This document shows, in pieces, positions 46,602 through 57,313 of a stretch of 64,000 nt of DNA (position 1 is its first letter; the number at the start of each line of letters is the position of its first letter). The notes beneath the pieces are model-generated. The model did not search any database. It saw only the letters and a list, made by a program, of their open reading frames with translations, and was not told the origin of the DNA. A program made the translations under genes and the position numbers. The DNA is from an uncultured Chloroflexia bacterium (GTDB lineage Bacteria; Chloroflexota; Dehalococcoidia; GIF9; UBA5629): assembly GCA_963751585.1 (NCBI GenBank), contig CAVVVB010000014.1, positions 81,828 to 145,827 of the forward strand. The letters run 5' to 3'.

Positions 46602-47972
46602 CTATCGTGTTTTGCCTCGGGCTAGCGAGGCAAAGATGCCCCCGAAGCAGAGTACCGCAAAGATTATGAAGGCCACATTCATACTTTTGATAAATTGCGT
46701 ATAGTAGGCCGGCGTGATCTGGACTTTGCCGAGAAATAGGGCGAATAGTAGCATTACAATAGCCATGCTTAACATGGCCCCGCTTTGCCGCATTGTTGAT
46801 AGAGATGCCGCTGCTACCCCGTAAGACCGATTCTCCACAGAGCACATGACGGCATACGTGTTAGGTGCGGCAAATATGCCGAAGCCCAGGCCGAGCAGAA
46901 CCAGGCTGACTATGATGAATCCCAGACTTGTCCCTTCGCCCACGAAAATCAATAGACAAAGCCCGATGGTTGTCAATGCCATGCCAAATGAAGTCATGAT
47001 TCTCGGCTCGATTCTATCGGAAAGCCTGCCCGCCAATGGCGAAAAGATAGCCTGCATCAGAGGTGCCGATATGAGCACCATCCCGGCTAAAGCCGGCGTC
47101 AGCCCTTTTATGTACTGCAGGTAAAGGCTCAGGAGGACGGCTACAGCGAATGTGGCGGCGTAATTGACCAGCGCCGCCACATTTGAAAAAGCAAATGTGG
47201 TGTTGTGGCGGAATAGGCTTATGTCTAAGACAGGATGCTTTGCCCTGTTTTCCCACATGACGAAGGCTACCAGTCCCAGGGCACCGACTATAATGAGTAC
47301 TATGCCGGATATCTGCGGCACCACGGTAAGGCCATACATGAAGGCTACCAGCGCCAAGCCGTAGATTACCGAGCCAGTATAGTCAAACGTTTCTCCCTTG
47401 GCTTCAGCCCATTCCTCCTCAAATCTCCAGTAACATAGAGCAATAGTTACTAATCCCAGGGGAACATTCATCCAGAAGATGCTTCTCCAGCCCAGATACT
47501 GTGTCAATATGCCGCCCAAAAATGGGCCCACGGAGATGGCGCTGTAGACGATGGCGGAGTTTATTCCCAGTACTCTGCCCCTCTCCTCCGGGGGGAACGC
47601 GGAAGCCAGAATGGCTACTGCCGTGCCGAAAATCATGGCGCCACCGATCGCCTGTATGATCCGGAAAGAGATCAACATCGCCGCCGAGTTTGACAAAGCT
47701 AGAACGATCGAGGCAGCGGTGTAGATTATCATGCCGTAAGTGAATATCCTCTTCCTTCCGTATATGTCAGCTATTCTGCCCAGTGGAATCAAGCACATGG
47801 CTTGTACCAGCAGGTATACGGAAACTACCCAGCCCAGCATGATGGCATCGATGTTGAGTTCCTTGCCCATGGATGGCAGGCTAATAGGGATAGAGGCACT
47901 GATAAATGGAGCCAGGAACGAAGCGATGCTGGTGACTACCAGAGCTACCTGTCGATTTGTCTTCTTTTCCAT
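46602..47972 (-). CDS. MFS transporter, DHA2 (EmrB/QacA-like) 14-TM type
   Basis: 456 aa with 14 predicted TM helices and MFS motif GRIADIYGRKR. Confidence 0.75.
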   Translation of the reverse strand: MEKKTNRQVALVVTSIASFLAPFISASIPISLPSMGKELNIDAIMLGWVVSVYLLVQAMCLIPLGRIADIYGRKRIFTYGMIIYTAASIVLALSNSAAMLISFRIIQAIGGAMIFGTAVAILASAFPPEERGRVLGINSAIVYSAISVGPFLGGILTQYLGWRSIFWMNVPLGLVTIALCYWRFEEEWAEAKGETFDYTGSVIYGLALVAFMYGLTVVPQISGIVLIIVGALGLVAFVMWENRAKHPVLDISLFRHNTTFAFSNVAALVNYAATFAVAVLLSLYLQYIKGLTPALAGMVLISAPLMQAIFSPLAGRLSDRIEPRIMTSFGMALTTIGLCLLIFVGEGTSLGFIIVSLVLLGLGFGIFAAPNTYAVMCSVENRSYGVAAASLSTMRQSGAMLSMAIVMLLFALFLGKVQITPAYYTQFIKSMNVAFIIFAVLCFGGIFASLARGKTR

Positions 47973-48085
47973 GCCGGTATCGGTGTGAGGAATTTGGGCA
48001 ACTTGCGAATTCTAGCATTTAGTACACCCGAATGCGAAATTGCGGTCGAGTATTTTGATCGGGTGTAAAAGGTACTCCTGTTTCT

Positions 48086-48420
48086 ACTGTAAAGTCCTTT
48101 CTTCTCCCTTTAGCAAAGGGAGATTGAGTGGGATTTTAATGACCTTTGAGGTTCCTTTGTCAAATTGATTTCTGGGCTAATCATAAATCCCCCTCCATCC
48201 CCCTTTTTCTAAGGGGGAAATGCGGGCTATCTTCCGCTTGCGTTCCATATCGCCGTGATAACAGAGCGTCATTACCGGGGCTGATTCTTTTCTGTCATCG
48301 TGATGACCCCGATCTATCGGGGGACGTGGCGATCTTAGCAAAGAAGGTCACAAGGTAGAGATTGCCACGCACCGATTACATCGGCGCTCGCAATGACAAA
48401 GGGAAAAAAGCCAGCTCGCC
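48086..48420. repeat. Intergenic repeat cluster between the two MFS paralogs: CCCCCTTTTTCTAAGGGGGAAAT hairpin plus inverted pair of GTCATCGTGATGAC…CGTGGCGATCT / AGAGATTGCCACG…CTCGCAATGAC units
   Basis: The 24-nt motif is identical to the copy at ~32978. The palindromic units are readable at 48291-48340 and 48355-48400. Confidence 0.7.
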
Positions 48421-48535
48421 ATGACGGAAGAAAAATGGTTCACAATGACGTACGGAAGAACTTTCACAACAACAAGAGGAAGAAAGCTTCGCAAGCCTAG
48501 AGTCGATATAAGGCTTGCCTGTGAAAATCAGGAAT

Positions 48536-49953
48536 TTACTTTGTTTTCCCGCGGGCCAGCGAAGCAAATACGCCCCCGAAACAAAGCACGGCGAATACAA
48601 TGAATGCTACGTCCACGCTCTTCACAAACCCTGCGTAATATTCCGGTGTAATCTCCACTCCGCCGACATATATGGCCAGCACCATCATGACTACCGCCAT
48701 ACTAAGCATCATTCCCATCTGTCGCATTGTCACCATTGTTGCCGAAGCTGTTCCGTAAGATCTGTAGTGTACAGAGCTCATCACTAGATTGGTGTTGGGC
48801 GTGGAGAAGAAAGCCGTGCCCAGGCCAAGGGTGGTTAATCCTGTTATGATGAACCACAGACTTGTCGTGGCATTTAAGAAAATGAAGATGATGAGGCCGA
48901 TGACCGTCAATCCCATGCCGGCAGAAGCTACAATCCTCGGCTCCATCTTATCGGAAAGCCTGCCGGCGAAAGGGGCAAAGACAGCCTGCATCAGAGGAGT
49001 TACTAACAAAACCAATCCGGCATTTTGGGGAGTGAGCCCTTTTATGTATTGCAGGTAAAGGCTCAGCAGAAAGGCTACGGCAAATGTAGCGCTGAGATTC
49101 AGTAATGCGGCCAGATTAGACAAAGTGAATACCGTGTTGTTCCGGAATACGCTTAAGTCCAAGATGGGATGCATCGTTCTGCTTTCCCATTTGACGAACC
49201 CAACGATTCCGAAAACGCCGGCAAGAATCAAAATGCCACCTGACATCTTCGGCAGGGCGGTGAGCCCGTACAATATGGCTGCAATTGTCACGCTGTAGAT
49301 TACGGAGCCGAAAATATCGAACTTTTCTCCCCTCGCTTCGACCCATTCATCTTTCAATTTCCAGAATATGAGACCGATTATCAATAATGTCAGCGGCACA
49401 TTTACCCAGAAGATGCTTCTCCAGCCCAGGTACTGTGTAAGTATTCCGCCCACAAACGGTCCGGAGGAGAGTCCCCCGTATGTTACGGCGGCGTTTATAC
49501 CCAGGACTTTGCCTCTCTCCCCGAGGGGATACGCCGAAGTAAGTATAGCCAGGGCGGTGGCGAAGATCATGGCTCCACCTATGCCCTGCAAAACGCGGAG
49601 GCAAAGGAGCATTGTGGATGAAGTCGACAATGCCAGAAGAATAGAGGTCAGGGTGTAGGTAAATATGCCGTAGGTGAAGATTCTCTTTCGGCCAACATGT
49701 CGGCTATTCTGCCGATAGGGATCAGGAATATGGTTGCTGACAGGAGATATGTTGTAGCTACCCAGCTCAGGGCAATGGCGTCCATCTTAAGCTCCTCCCC
49801 GATCGAGGGCAGGCCAACGATTATGGCTGAGCCCATGAAGGTGGTGAGGAAAGAGCCTATGGTCGTGACCAACAAAACTGCCTGCCGACTTTGTGCTTTT
49901 TCCATTCTAGTTCCGGGGTTGCAAGTTTTGCCTAAACCTGCGAATTCTATCAT
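48536..49953 (-). CDS. Second MFS DHA2-type transporter (tandem paralog), split by a single-base deletion near 49668-49672
   Basis: N-terminal piece (track 49648..49953) ends …PIGRIADM. The +1 frame continues (Y)GRKRIFTYGIFTYTLTSILLALSTSSTMLLC into track ORF 48536..49630. The upstream paralog reads ADIYGRKRIFTYG at the same point. Confidence 0.6.
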
Positions 49954-50175
49954 TTAGTTCGCAGGAATATGAAGTTATCGTCGAATATTTCCGGTCAGGC
50001 AGGGAACCTATGGCGGGGGTTAGGGTGAACGTCCGATTGCATTCGAGGGCGTAGGGAAGACAACCTAAGCCTAGGCGAGCGAACACGAGTGAACGCGATA
50101 AAAGGCTACTCGAACGGCTTCAAAGCTAATCAAGGCGAAAGTTGTATGACTATCGCAGGACGGGTCCTAACAGTA

Positions 50176-51927
50176 TCATTGTTTCTTCTGGTCATACAAT
50201 GTCGGCAAAAATCTCGGTAAGTCCTGCATTTCCAATTTGCAGTGCTCATAGGTAGCATCGAGAAACGCCTGCTCCGTCTTAGCTGGGAACGTAAACACCG
50301 AGTGTATCTTTATGCCGTTGGCCGACGGTGTGACATCATGTGTTAGCGTGCCCAGGTGCTTGCCATCCGGGGTTAGAAATTCGAGTCCCCTGGCGCCACC
50401 ACCTATGCCACCAGGAATGATATGGCAGCTAAACTGGGTGTAGTATGGGCCTATAATTTCCTCAATTTCTACGAGCGGTGTGCTGATGCCTGGCGGCACC
50501 GTCATCTTGGCTGAGAAGTGGTTTGTGGGTAACCACAGCCTGTAGTACTTTTCCAGGTTGCCGGAAAACCACCAGGTCCACATCTGGGGTGTTACGTTGG
50601 CTACCTCCTGGTCGACAACAACGTCCACCGTTTTACCCGCTGACTCGTCAAATGCCTTGAGCAGAACTTCCCCTCCGGTCGGTGTTCCTGTAACAAGTTT
50701 CAGAGGGAGAGGGGGTTCCCACCTAGTTTCCAGCTTCCCATCTATATATTCCGAAGCCCAGTTACACTTTAAAGCCATTCTGTCAATGCCCCACAACGGC
50801 TTTCCTATCCACCATGCTTCGTGCCCGAAATAGCCCTGCCAGTGATATTTGGCGAATCCCTCCATCCATGTGGTGGTGTCAGTGGTGTCCTGGCTGTTTA
50901 AGAATTCGAAGAACGGCTTGACGACATTGTACACTTGCACAACGATATCAATCGGGCTGGAATTGTACTTTTTTACGTACCTGCGACATATGTCACGGTA
51001 AGCGTCGCTCACTATGGGAGATTCCCAGTTTATATCGTTAGTGATGACCCGGCTGAGATATTTCTCCGGTACTACCTCTTCGACCGCCCCAGGAGGGGGT
51101 GGAGTAGTCATCCATACAATGCCGTTATAGCCGGCCTCCCGCAACTGCTTTAATAGGAGGGCAGCTAGTGCCCCCATGTCGCCTCCAGTAGTGCTCGTAT
51201 CTATTATGTCCGGGTTTTTGGCCATGGCACGGGTAATGAAGGGCATAAAGTCCTTTACATCAAAGGGGAACTTCTCGGCACCCAGCCAATTCAAGCCGTA
51301 CAATTTACATATCATCTGAACTGCATCTAAAGTCACTGGCCCATGGGGTAGATCAGGTATTATGGTTACGACCGTCTTCGCGTTGGGATAAAAATTTTGA
51401 ATATAAGCAGCCCCCGTATTAAACTGCGCCGGTGTGGGCGCACCGAAAAAGAAGGTATAGGGCTTGTTTGGACCTGACATGCCTGGCACGATAGGAACCA
51501 GCATAAAACTTATTATCTTATTGGGTTCAGTGATGGTTTGCGCGCCTACGGCATCAGCTATGCAAGGCCCGATAATAACCTTAACCTTCTTGTCATAGAC
51601 AAGTTCCTCGGCAAGAGACTTCGCCATAACAACATCGGCCCTACTATCGCGGATGATGGAATCGAGTGCATAATTTTGCCCGCCAATGGTAACTCCACCC
51701 TGCTTATTTTGGTCCTCTATTGCCATCAGCGTTGCGTTTTGGACACTAGTGCCGAGATTTGCCATCGGTCCGGTTAGTGGAGTTATGATGCCGATATCAA
51801 GTGTCTTTGATGGTATCGTGGCTGGTACTGATGGTGTGGCTGGTGTGGCTGGTTTAGCACATCCTACCACTATCATAGCTGCTACTGTTATTACCGCTGC
51901 CACTAGCAAGGTTGCAAATCTTCTCAT
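50176..51927 (-). CDS. Liv-type solute-binding lipoprotein with ~170-aa C-terminal extension of unknown function
   Basis: Signal and lipobox (VVGCAKP). DIGIITPLTGPMANLGTSVQNATLMAIEDQNKQGGV. The extra C-terminal region (…WEPPLPLKLVTGTPTGGEVLLKAFDE…GGIGGGARGLEF…) is absent from the two paralogs. Confidence 0.7.
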   Translation of the reverse strand: MRRFATLLVAAVITVAAMIVVGCAKPATPATPSVPATIPSKTLDIGIITPLTGPMANLGTSVQNATLMAIEDQNKQGGVTIGGQNYALDSIIRDSRADVVMAKSLAEELVYDKKVKVIIGPCIADAVGAQTITEPNKIISFMLVPIVPGMSGPNKPYTFFFGAPTPAQFNTGAAYIQNFYPNAKTVVTIIPDLPHGPVTLDAVQMICKLYGLNWLGAEKFPFDVKDFMPFITRAMAKNPDIIDTSTTGGDMGALAALLLKQLREAGYNGIVWMTTPPPPGAVEEVVPEKYLSRVITNDINWESPIVSDAYRDICRRYVKKYNSSPIDIVVQVYNVVKPFFEFLNSQDTTDTTTWMEGFAKYHWQGYFGHEAWWIGKPLWGIDRMALKCNWASEYIDGKLETRWEPPLPLKLVTGTPTGGEVLLKAFDESAGKTVDVVVDQEVANVTPQMWTWWFSGNLEKYYRLWLPTNHFSAKMTVPPGISTPLVEIEEIIGPYYTQFSCHIIPGGIGGGARGLEFLTPDGKHLGTLTHDVTPSANGIKIHSVFTFPAKTEQAFLDATYEHCKLEMQDLPRFLPTLYDQKKQ

Positions 51928-51971
51928 TTTCCCCCTCCTTTCACGACGCGTATGACAGCGACGATTGTATA

Positions 51972-53060
51972 CTACAGAATATTGGGTTCTAGCTCGTCAA
52001 ACCGCTTTTGGATCTCCTTATCTGAAAGACCAAAGAATTGCTGGAGGTTGTGGAATTGCCTGGTAAACCATGCCTCCTCAGCGTTTAGTTTCTGACAAAG
52101 TTCCTCATATTTGGCTAGTCCTTTTTCGGTAAGGTCACCCTTTTGTATAGCTTTTGCGGCTACCTCGGCAGCGATTCGTCCCGAATCAACTGCGAGGTCT
52201 ATTCCTAGAAGACCGGCTGCATCTCCAGCCAGCATCAGTCCATCTTTCACTTTCTTTGGGAGCATATCACTCATGGGTACAGGATGAGACCAGCCGGTCT
52301 CTCTCAATATCTTGCTGTCTCTAAACTTCTTGGATAGGACCCACTTTCCAGCCTTAATGTTCTCAAAATCACTCAGGCTCGAAGCACCTGATAAGGCCGA
52401 GCCGTTGCCATGGGGGACAATCGTGCTCTGCCCGGCTCTGCTAAAAGCACCCAGATGAAACTCGATGACACCGGGTTCAAGATCCCTGACGCCCGTCAGG
52501 TGCAATTTAAGACCTGAAAGCACCTGCTGGGCCGGGCGAGCCAGATTCTCCCATGTGGCAATGCCTTTAAACAACGCCCGAAGACCATCTGCTGCTATGA
52601 CGATCTTGCAGCGGACTGCAGGAAGCGTGCTTGAGCTTGTATTCACCCCCTTGATAGACCCGTTCTCCTTAATGAGACCAGTCACGCGAGTATTCACTAT
52701 AATTTCTGCGCCGGCATCCGCTGCCAGTTTGGCTAACTCCACGTCAAACATATTCCTTTCAATTATCCAGGGGCCTGGCTCCGGAAGTGGCCTTTCCTCC
52801 ACCATTTTGCCATTAGGTGCATAAATACGCCGTGCCTTTACCTTTGTTAAGACCACGCGTTGATCCATTATCTTAAGGAGGTTCTCCAGAATGCCGCTCT
52901 TGGTTCCGGGCATGACACCCACGCAGTGCTCCGGAAGGCCAATTTGGGGATCTTCTTCAAGCAGGATAGTTCTGAGGCCTTTTTCTGCAGCCGTCTTCGC
53001 TGCTTGAGAACCGCATGGTCCACCACCCACAACTACTACGTCGTAATCATATTTCGCCAT
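51972..53060 (-). CDS. Geranylgeranyl-reductase-family FAD-dependent oxidoreductase
   Basis: YDVVVVGGGPCGSQAAKTAAEKG dinucleotide fold at the N-terminus. GGAGG RBS before the ATG at 53060. Track start 53117 is probably too long. Confidence 0.65.
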   Translation of the reverse strand: MAKYDYDVVVVGGGPCGSQAAKTAAEKGLRTILLEEDPQIGLPEHCVGVMPGTKSGILENLLKIMDQRVVLTKVKARRIYAPNGKMVEERPLPEPGPWIIERNMFDVELAKLAADAGAEIIVNTRVTGLIKENGSIKGVNTSSSTLPAVRCKIVIAADGLRALFKGIATWENLARPAQQVLSGLKLHLTGVRDLEPGVIEFHLGAFSRAGQSTIVPHGNGSALSGASSLSDFENIKAGKWVLSKKFRDSKILRETGWSHPVPMSDMLPKKVKDGLMLAGDAAGLLGIDLAVDSGRIAAEVAAKAIQKGDLTEKGLAKYEELCQKLNAEEAWFTRQFHNLQQFFGLSDKEIQKRFDELEPNIL

Positions 53061-53359
53061 CCCAAACCTCCATAAATTGTTTTGTCGCAGTCTATCAGTC
53101 ACGGTCGACCTTGTCAACGCATTGGAAAGGGTGGCCGCAAGTTGCTCTGACTTAGTGTCCGCGTTACAATAAGCGCGATTGTAGAATAGGAAAAGGAGAG
53201 TTTGCCTGCGGGCAAATGCTTCACTACGGAGAATGACCGTAAGATAATCAAACAGAAAGAGATAATATCTCTCTCATAATTCTAGAGCCGGGTTAACAGT
53301 AGTTTTCTTGATCCAGAGATGGATATTGGCTCTACAAAATAGCGAAGGGGGCAAATGTT

Positions 53360-54661
53360 TTGAGTGAACTAAAAGGTACTAATGAACAGCCTAAGGTTGG
53401 TGAATGGCAGGCGCAGAAGAGTACAAAGCAGTTGAGAACCTCAGCAGCTGTAAGTGCTCACCAGAAAGAGTGGTTCCAGGGCATGAGACAGAGAATAGGT
53501 CAAGGTGAGCCCTTCGCAATATGTAATGCCGGTGAGTGTGAGGAAGTCTTTGCTGTCATGGATATTCCGGTCGTAGTGAAACAATGGTGGTCGGCAATGA
53601 TCGCTGCCAAGCAATTGTCTGCCGACTATTTCAACCTGCTGGATGAGGCGGGTTACGACCAGTGTCGTTACTGTGCCCTGGGGTTAGGTTGTACCATGGA
53701 CAACAAGCCGGAGCGTGCCCCCTGGGGAGGACTGCCCAAACCCGCAGTGATAATAGGGGGAAACATACCGGGGTCAGAATGTGACGCTCATCAAAAAATA
53801 AACGAGCTCTGGGCCCGCGAATACGGTACGTTCTTCTTTCCGCTAGAGGTAACTTTTCCTACCCGACTATATCCTCGCTGGTGGGAAAAGATAAAAGAAC
53901 ATTGGGACGAAGTAATTGAGCCGCACAGGCTCGACTTGAGAGTTGAGGAGCTGAAGGAGCTAATAAGGTTCTTAGAGATTACAACGGGAAGGGTATTCAG
54001 CATGGCAAAGCTGGTGGAAGTCATGGAATTAACCAATGAGCAGAATGAATACTTCAAGAAGGCGCATGACTTGATAGCTGAGACGGTTCCTTGTCCCATA
54101 AGTTTATCCGAACAGGTCTCGGTATATCGGGCGCAATGGCATCGCGGTACCCAAGTAGGTATTGATCTAACCAGGATGTTTTATGAGGAGGTAAAAGAGC
54201 GGGTGAACAACGGTGAAGCGGCCTGCCCCAATGAAAAGCTCAGGCTAATGTGGAGCGGAGTGGGACTCTGGCATAACACTGCTTTTTATCAGTACTTTGA
54301 GGAGAGATATGGCGCCGTTTTCGTGTGCTCTGAGTATCTAGCTGTGGCGGCAGATGGTTATCAGCGCAGTCTGCTTAATGACCCATTCAGGGCTCTGGCA
54401 AGTCGTTGTGTATTTCTGGGGCTTAGAGGCGGCGATTGGCGCGTAAAGGAAGCCAAAATGAATAAGGTCAATGGGGTGGTTCAGCTGGTGAAGAGGGGCT
54501 GCCGCGAATCCATTGAAGCGCCGTTGATCAGGATGGCTCTGGAAAATGCCGGTATACCGGTACTTCCTATTTATGCTGATAACGTTGATCCCAGGGATTG
54601 GGATGATGCCAAGATGAAATCTCTAGTTTCTGAGTTTATTGAAACGCGCATTTTAGACTAA
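53360..54661 (+). CDS. 2-hydroxyacyl-CoA dehydratase family protein (HgdB/HadC/BcrB-like D-component family); lone subunit
   Basis: ~430 aa. Pattern …CNAGECEEVF.AMDIP.V…W……YCALGLGC… with conserved Cys residues typical of the HGD-D family. Probable TTG start after GAAGGGGG. Confidence 0.55.
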   Translation: MSELKGTNEQPKVGEWQAQKSTKQLRTSAAVSAHQKEWFQGMRQRIGQGEPFAICNAGECEEVFAVMDIPVVVKQWWSAMIAAKQLSADYFNLLDEAGYDQCRYCALGLGCTMDNKPERAPWGGLPKPAVIIGGNIPGSECDAHQKINELWAREYGTFFFPLEVTFPTRLYPRWWEKIKEHWDEVIEPHRLDLRVEELKELIRFLEITTGRVFSMAKLVEVMELTNEQNEYFKKAHDLIAETVPCPISLSEQVSVYRAQWHRGTQVGIDLTRMFYEEVKERVNNGEAACPNEKLRLMWSGVGLWHNTAFYQYFEERYGAVFVCSEYLAVAADGYQRSLLNDPFRALASRCVFLGLRGGDWRVKEAKMNKVNGVVQLVKRGCRESIEAPLIRMALENAGIPVLPIYADNVDPRDWDDAKMKSLVSEFIETRILD

Positions 54662-54713
54662 TGCATATAAGTGAGATGACCTGAGGCTAGAAACAATAAG
54701 AAGCTGAGGCAAA

Positions 54714-55955
54714 ATGGCTGATGCGCTATTGAACGGTTTTCAGGCTCTTGACCTGACAGACGATAAAGGATTTGCCTGCGGGCAGATCTTGGCTTCACTA
54801 GGCGTTGATGTAGTAAAGATTGAGAAACCCGGTGGAGAGCCAGCACGAAATATACCACCTTTCTATCATGATGAACCGGAGCCGGAGAAAAGCCTTCACT
54901 GGTTTGCTTTCAATACCGACAAAAGGAGTATTACCCTTGACTTAGAGAAGGAACGGGGACGCGAGCTATTCAAAAAGCTGGTCGCCAAAGCTGATTTCAT
55001 ACTGGAATCGTTCCTTCCAGGCTATATGGATGGCCTCGGGATCGGTTACGAAGCCTTAAGCCGCCTGAATAAGAGAATCATCGTGACCTCTATTACCCAC
55101 TTTGGCCAGGCAGGGCCGTATAGCCTTTACAAAGGATGTGAGATCGTAGATTCCGCTATGAGCGGAGTATTGGACAACACGGGACACCCAGACCGCCCAC
55201 CGGTGAAAGAAGCCATCGGCACTATATATTTTCATGCCGGCGCTGCCGCCGCTCTCGGAACGCTGATAAGCCATTATTCTCGTGAAATTACTGGCGAGGG
55301 ACAGCAGGTTGACGTTTCAATACGGGAGGTTGCCGCCAGTCGGACTACATTATGTCTGCTACCCTGGCAGTGGGATAAGCGTCTGGTAAAGCGCGGTGGG
55401 CCAATGGGCCAGATTGGATTCCGGCCTTTCAGGTGGATTTGGCCGTGCAAAGATGGATACATATTTTGGATGTTCAGTGGTGGTCCCGTCGGGGCACCGG
55501 CCAACCGAGCTTTGTCCAAATGGATTGATGAAGATGGACTGGAAAACCCCCTGAGCCAGGTAACAAACTGGGAGGAGCTGGACATGGCTTCAATGACTCA
55601 ACAAACCCATGACGCTTTTCAGGAGACAATCGGCAAGTTTTTCCTGCGACGCACCAAGAAGGAGATATCCGAGGAGGGATTAAGGCGGGGGATAAACGCA
55701 GTTATTGCCAGCGATCCTGCCGATGTTCTTTCCAACCCTCAGCTTAATGCGAGGAACTTTTGGATTGGCCTGGAGCATCCAGACCTAGGGGTCACGCTCA
55801 AATATCCCAGGCATTTCTTTCTGTGCAGTGAAACGGAAAACTATGCGAGGCATCCGGCTCCCAATATCGGTCAGGACAACACCGAAATGTACGTTAAAGA
55901 ATTAGGCTTAACTAGCCAGGAAGTCGCCGAATTGGAGAAGACGGGCGTGATTTGA
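54714..55955 (+). CDS. Family III CoA-transferase (CaiB/BaiF family)
   Basis: LQALDLTDDKGFACGQILASLGVDVVKIEKPGG.P.R and a downstream catalytic Asp region (VLDNTGHPDRPP). Confidence 0.8.
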   Translation: MADALLNGFQALDLTDDKGFACGQILASLGVDVVKIEKPGGEPARNIPPFYHDEPEPEKSLHWFAFNTDKRSITLDLEKERGRELFKKLVAKADFILESFLPGYMDGLGIGYEALSRLNKRIIVTSITHFGQAGPYSLYKGCEIVDSAMSGVLDNTGHPDRPPVKEAIGTIYFHAGAAAALGTLISHYSREITGEGQQVDVSIREVAASRTTLCLLPWQWDKRLVKRGGPMGQIGFRPFRWIWPCKDGYIFWMFSGGPVGAPANRALSKWIDEDGLENPLSQVTNWEELDMASMTQQTHDAFQETIGKFFLRRTKKEISEEGLRRGINAVIASDPADVLSNPQLNARNFWIGLEHPDLGVTLKYPRHFFLCSETENYARHPAPNIGQDNTEMYVKELGLTSQEVAELEKTGVI

Positions 55956-55980
55956 ATGAAGAATACACCTATGGAGAAAT

Positions 55981-57201
55981 ATGCCTAAGCAGGCATTAGA
56001 CGGAGTAAAGGTACTGGATTTTGGCTGGATTATTGTCGGCGCTCTGACCGGCAAACATCTTGCCGACCACGGGGCCCAGGTGGTTCGCGTAGAGAGTGTT
56101 ACACGTCCGGACGCCATGAGGGAAACGCGGCAGGTTTCCGTATCCACCGCAGCCAACCCAGATAATAAGCCAATGTTTAACTATCTGAATACTTCAAAAT
56201 ACAGCCTGGCAGTTGATTTGAAACATCCCAGAGCCAGAGAGGTCATAGACAGGCTTGTCCGCTGGGCTGACGTGGTCAACGAGAACTTTACCCCAGGGAC
56301 AATGAGCAAGCTGGGTTTGAGCTACGAATATGTCAGAAAGATAAAGCCCGATATCATTATGGTTGGAAGCAGTGTATACGGCCAGACAGGGCCTCTTGCC
56401 CGCGAATGGGGATTGGACGGAACCGGTATGACTTTGTCAGGTCATATTCATCTTACGGGATGGCCGGACAGAGAGCCGGTGATGACGACTTGTTCTCCAT
56501 ACGGAGATATAATGCTTCCGCTCTTCGCCGCCTCGGCTATTGTGGCTGCTCTGGATTACAAGCGGCGGACAGGAAAAGGACAGTATATAGATGCGAGTAT
56601 GCTTGAGGTTTGCACTTACAAGATCAGCCCGGCCTTATTGGACCTGCAAGCCAATGGACGCCTACAAACACGTAGCGGTAACCGCCTGCCTTATGCTGCA
56701 CCACATGGTGTATTCCCTTGCGTCGGAGATGATCGCTGGTGCGCCATCGCCGTGTTCAATAATGAGGAGTGGGAATCTTTCTGCCACGTGATCGGAGACC
56801 CGCCTTGGACAAGAAAGAGGAAATTTGCCAGTATCGACTTGAGGAAGCAGAATGAAGAGGAGCTGGAGAAGCTGGTTGCAGATTGGACCAAGGGCCATTC
56901 GGCTGAAGACGTTATGCGTATGATGCAGGCGGCTGGCGTGCCGGCAGGCGTGGTGCAGAACGCCCGTGACATATTGGAGAATGACCGCCAAATGACGGAA
57001 CGTGAATTCCTAGTGCCGTTGAAACACCCTGCTCTGGGGGTATTCGGTCACCCGACCCCTCCCTACAAATTGCTCAAGACCAAAGCGCAAGTGAGGACGT
57101 CTCCCTGTTTCGGCGAGCACACCGAATACGTTTGCACTCATCTGCTTGGTATGTCCGACGAGGAGTTTGTTGAGCTATTGCAGGAGAAAGTCTTTACATA
57201 G
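55981..57201 (+). CDS. Family III CoA-transferase (CaiB/BaiF family), second paralog
   Basis: LDGVKVLDFGWIIVGALTGKHLADHGAQVVRVE and the same fold layout as the upstream paralog. Confidence 0.8.
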   Translation: MPKQALDGVKVLDFGWIIVGALTGKHLADHGAQVVRVESVTRPDAMRETRQVSVSTAANPDNKPMFNYLNTSKYSLAVDLKHPRAREVIDRLVRWADVVNENFTPGTMSKLGLSYEYVRKIKPDIIMVGSSVYGQTGPLAREWGLDGTGMTLSGHIHLTGWPDREPVMTTCSPYGDIMLPLFAASAIVAALDYKRRTGKGQYIDASMLEVCTYKISPALLDLQANGRLQTRSGNRLPYAAPHGVFPCVGDDRWCAIAVFNNEEWESFCHVIGDPPWTRKRKFASIDLRKQNEEELEKLVADWTKGHSAEDVMRMMQAAGVPAGVVQNARDILENDRQMTEREFLVPLKHPALGVFGHPTPPYKLLKTKAQVRTSPCFGEHTEYVCTHLLGMSDEEFVELLQEKVFT

Positions 57202-57313
57202 GACATGGAATTCTCTATTTCTTGTCTCTACGGGATGTTCCAAGAATATAGGAACCACTTACACAAGCTTAGTTAACCGCTTCCTGATATTTGGATAATG
57301 GGAGGTTTGAGGA

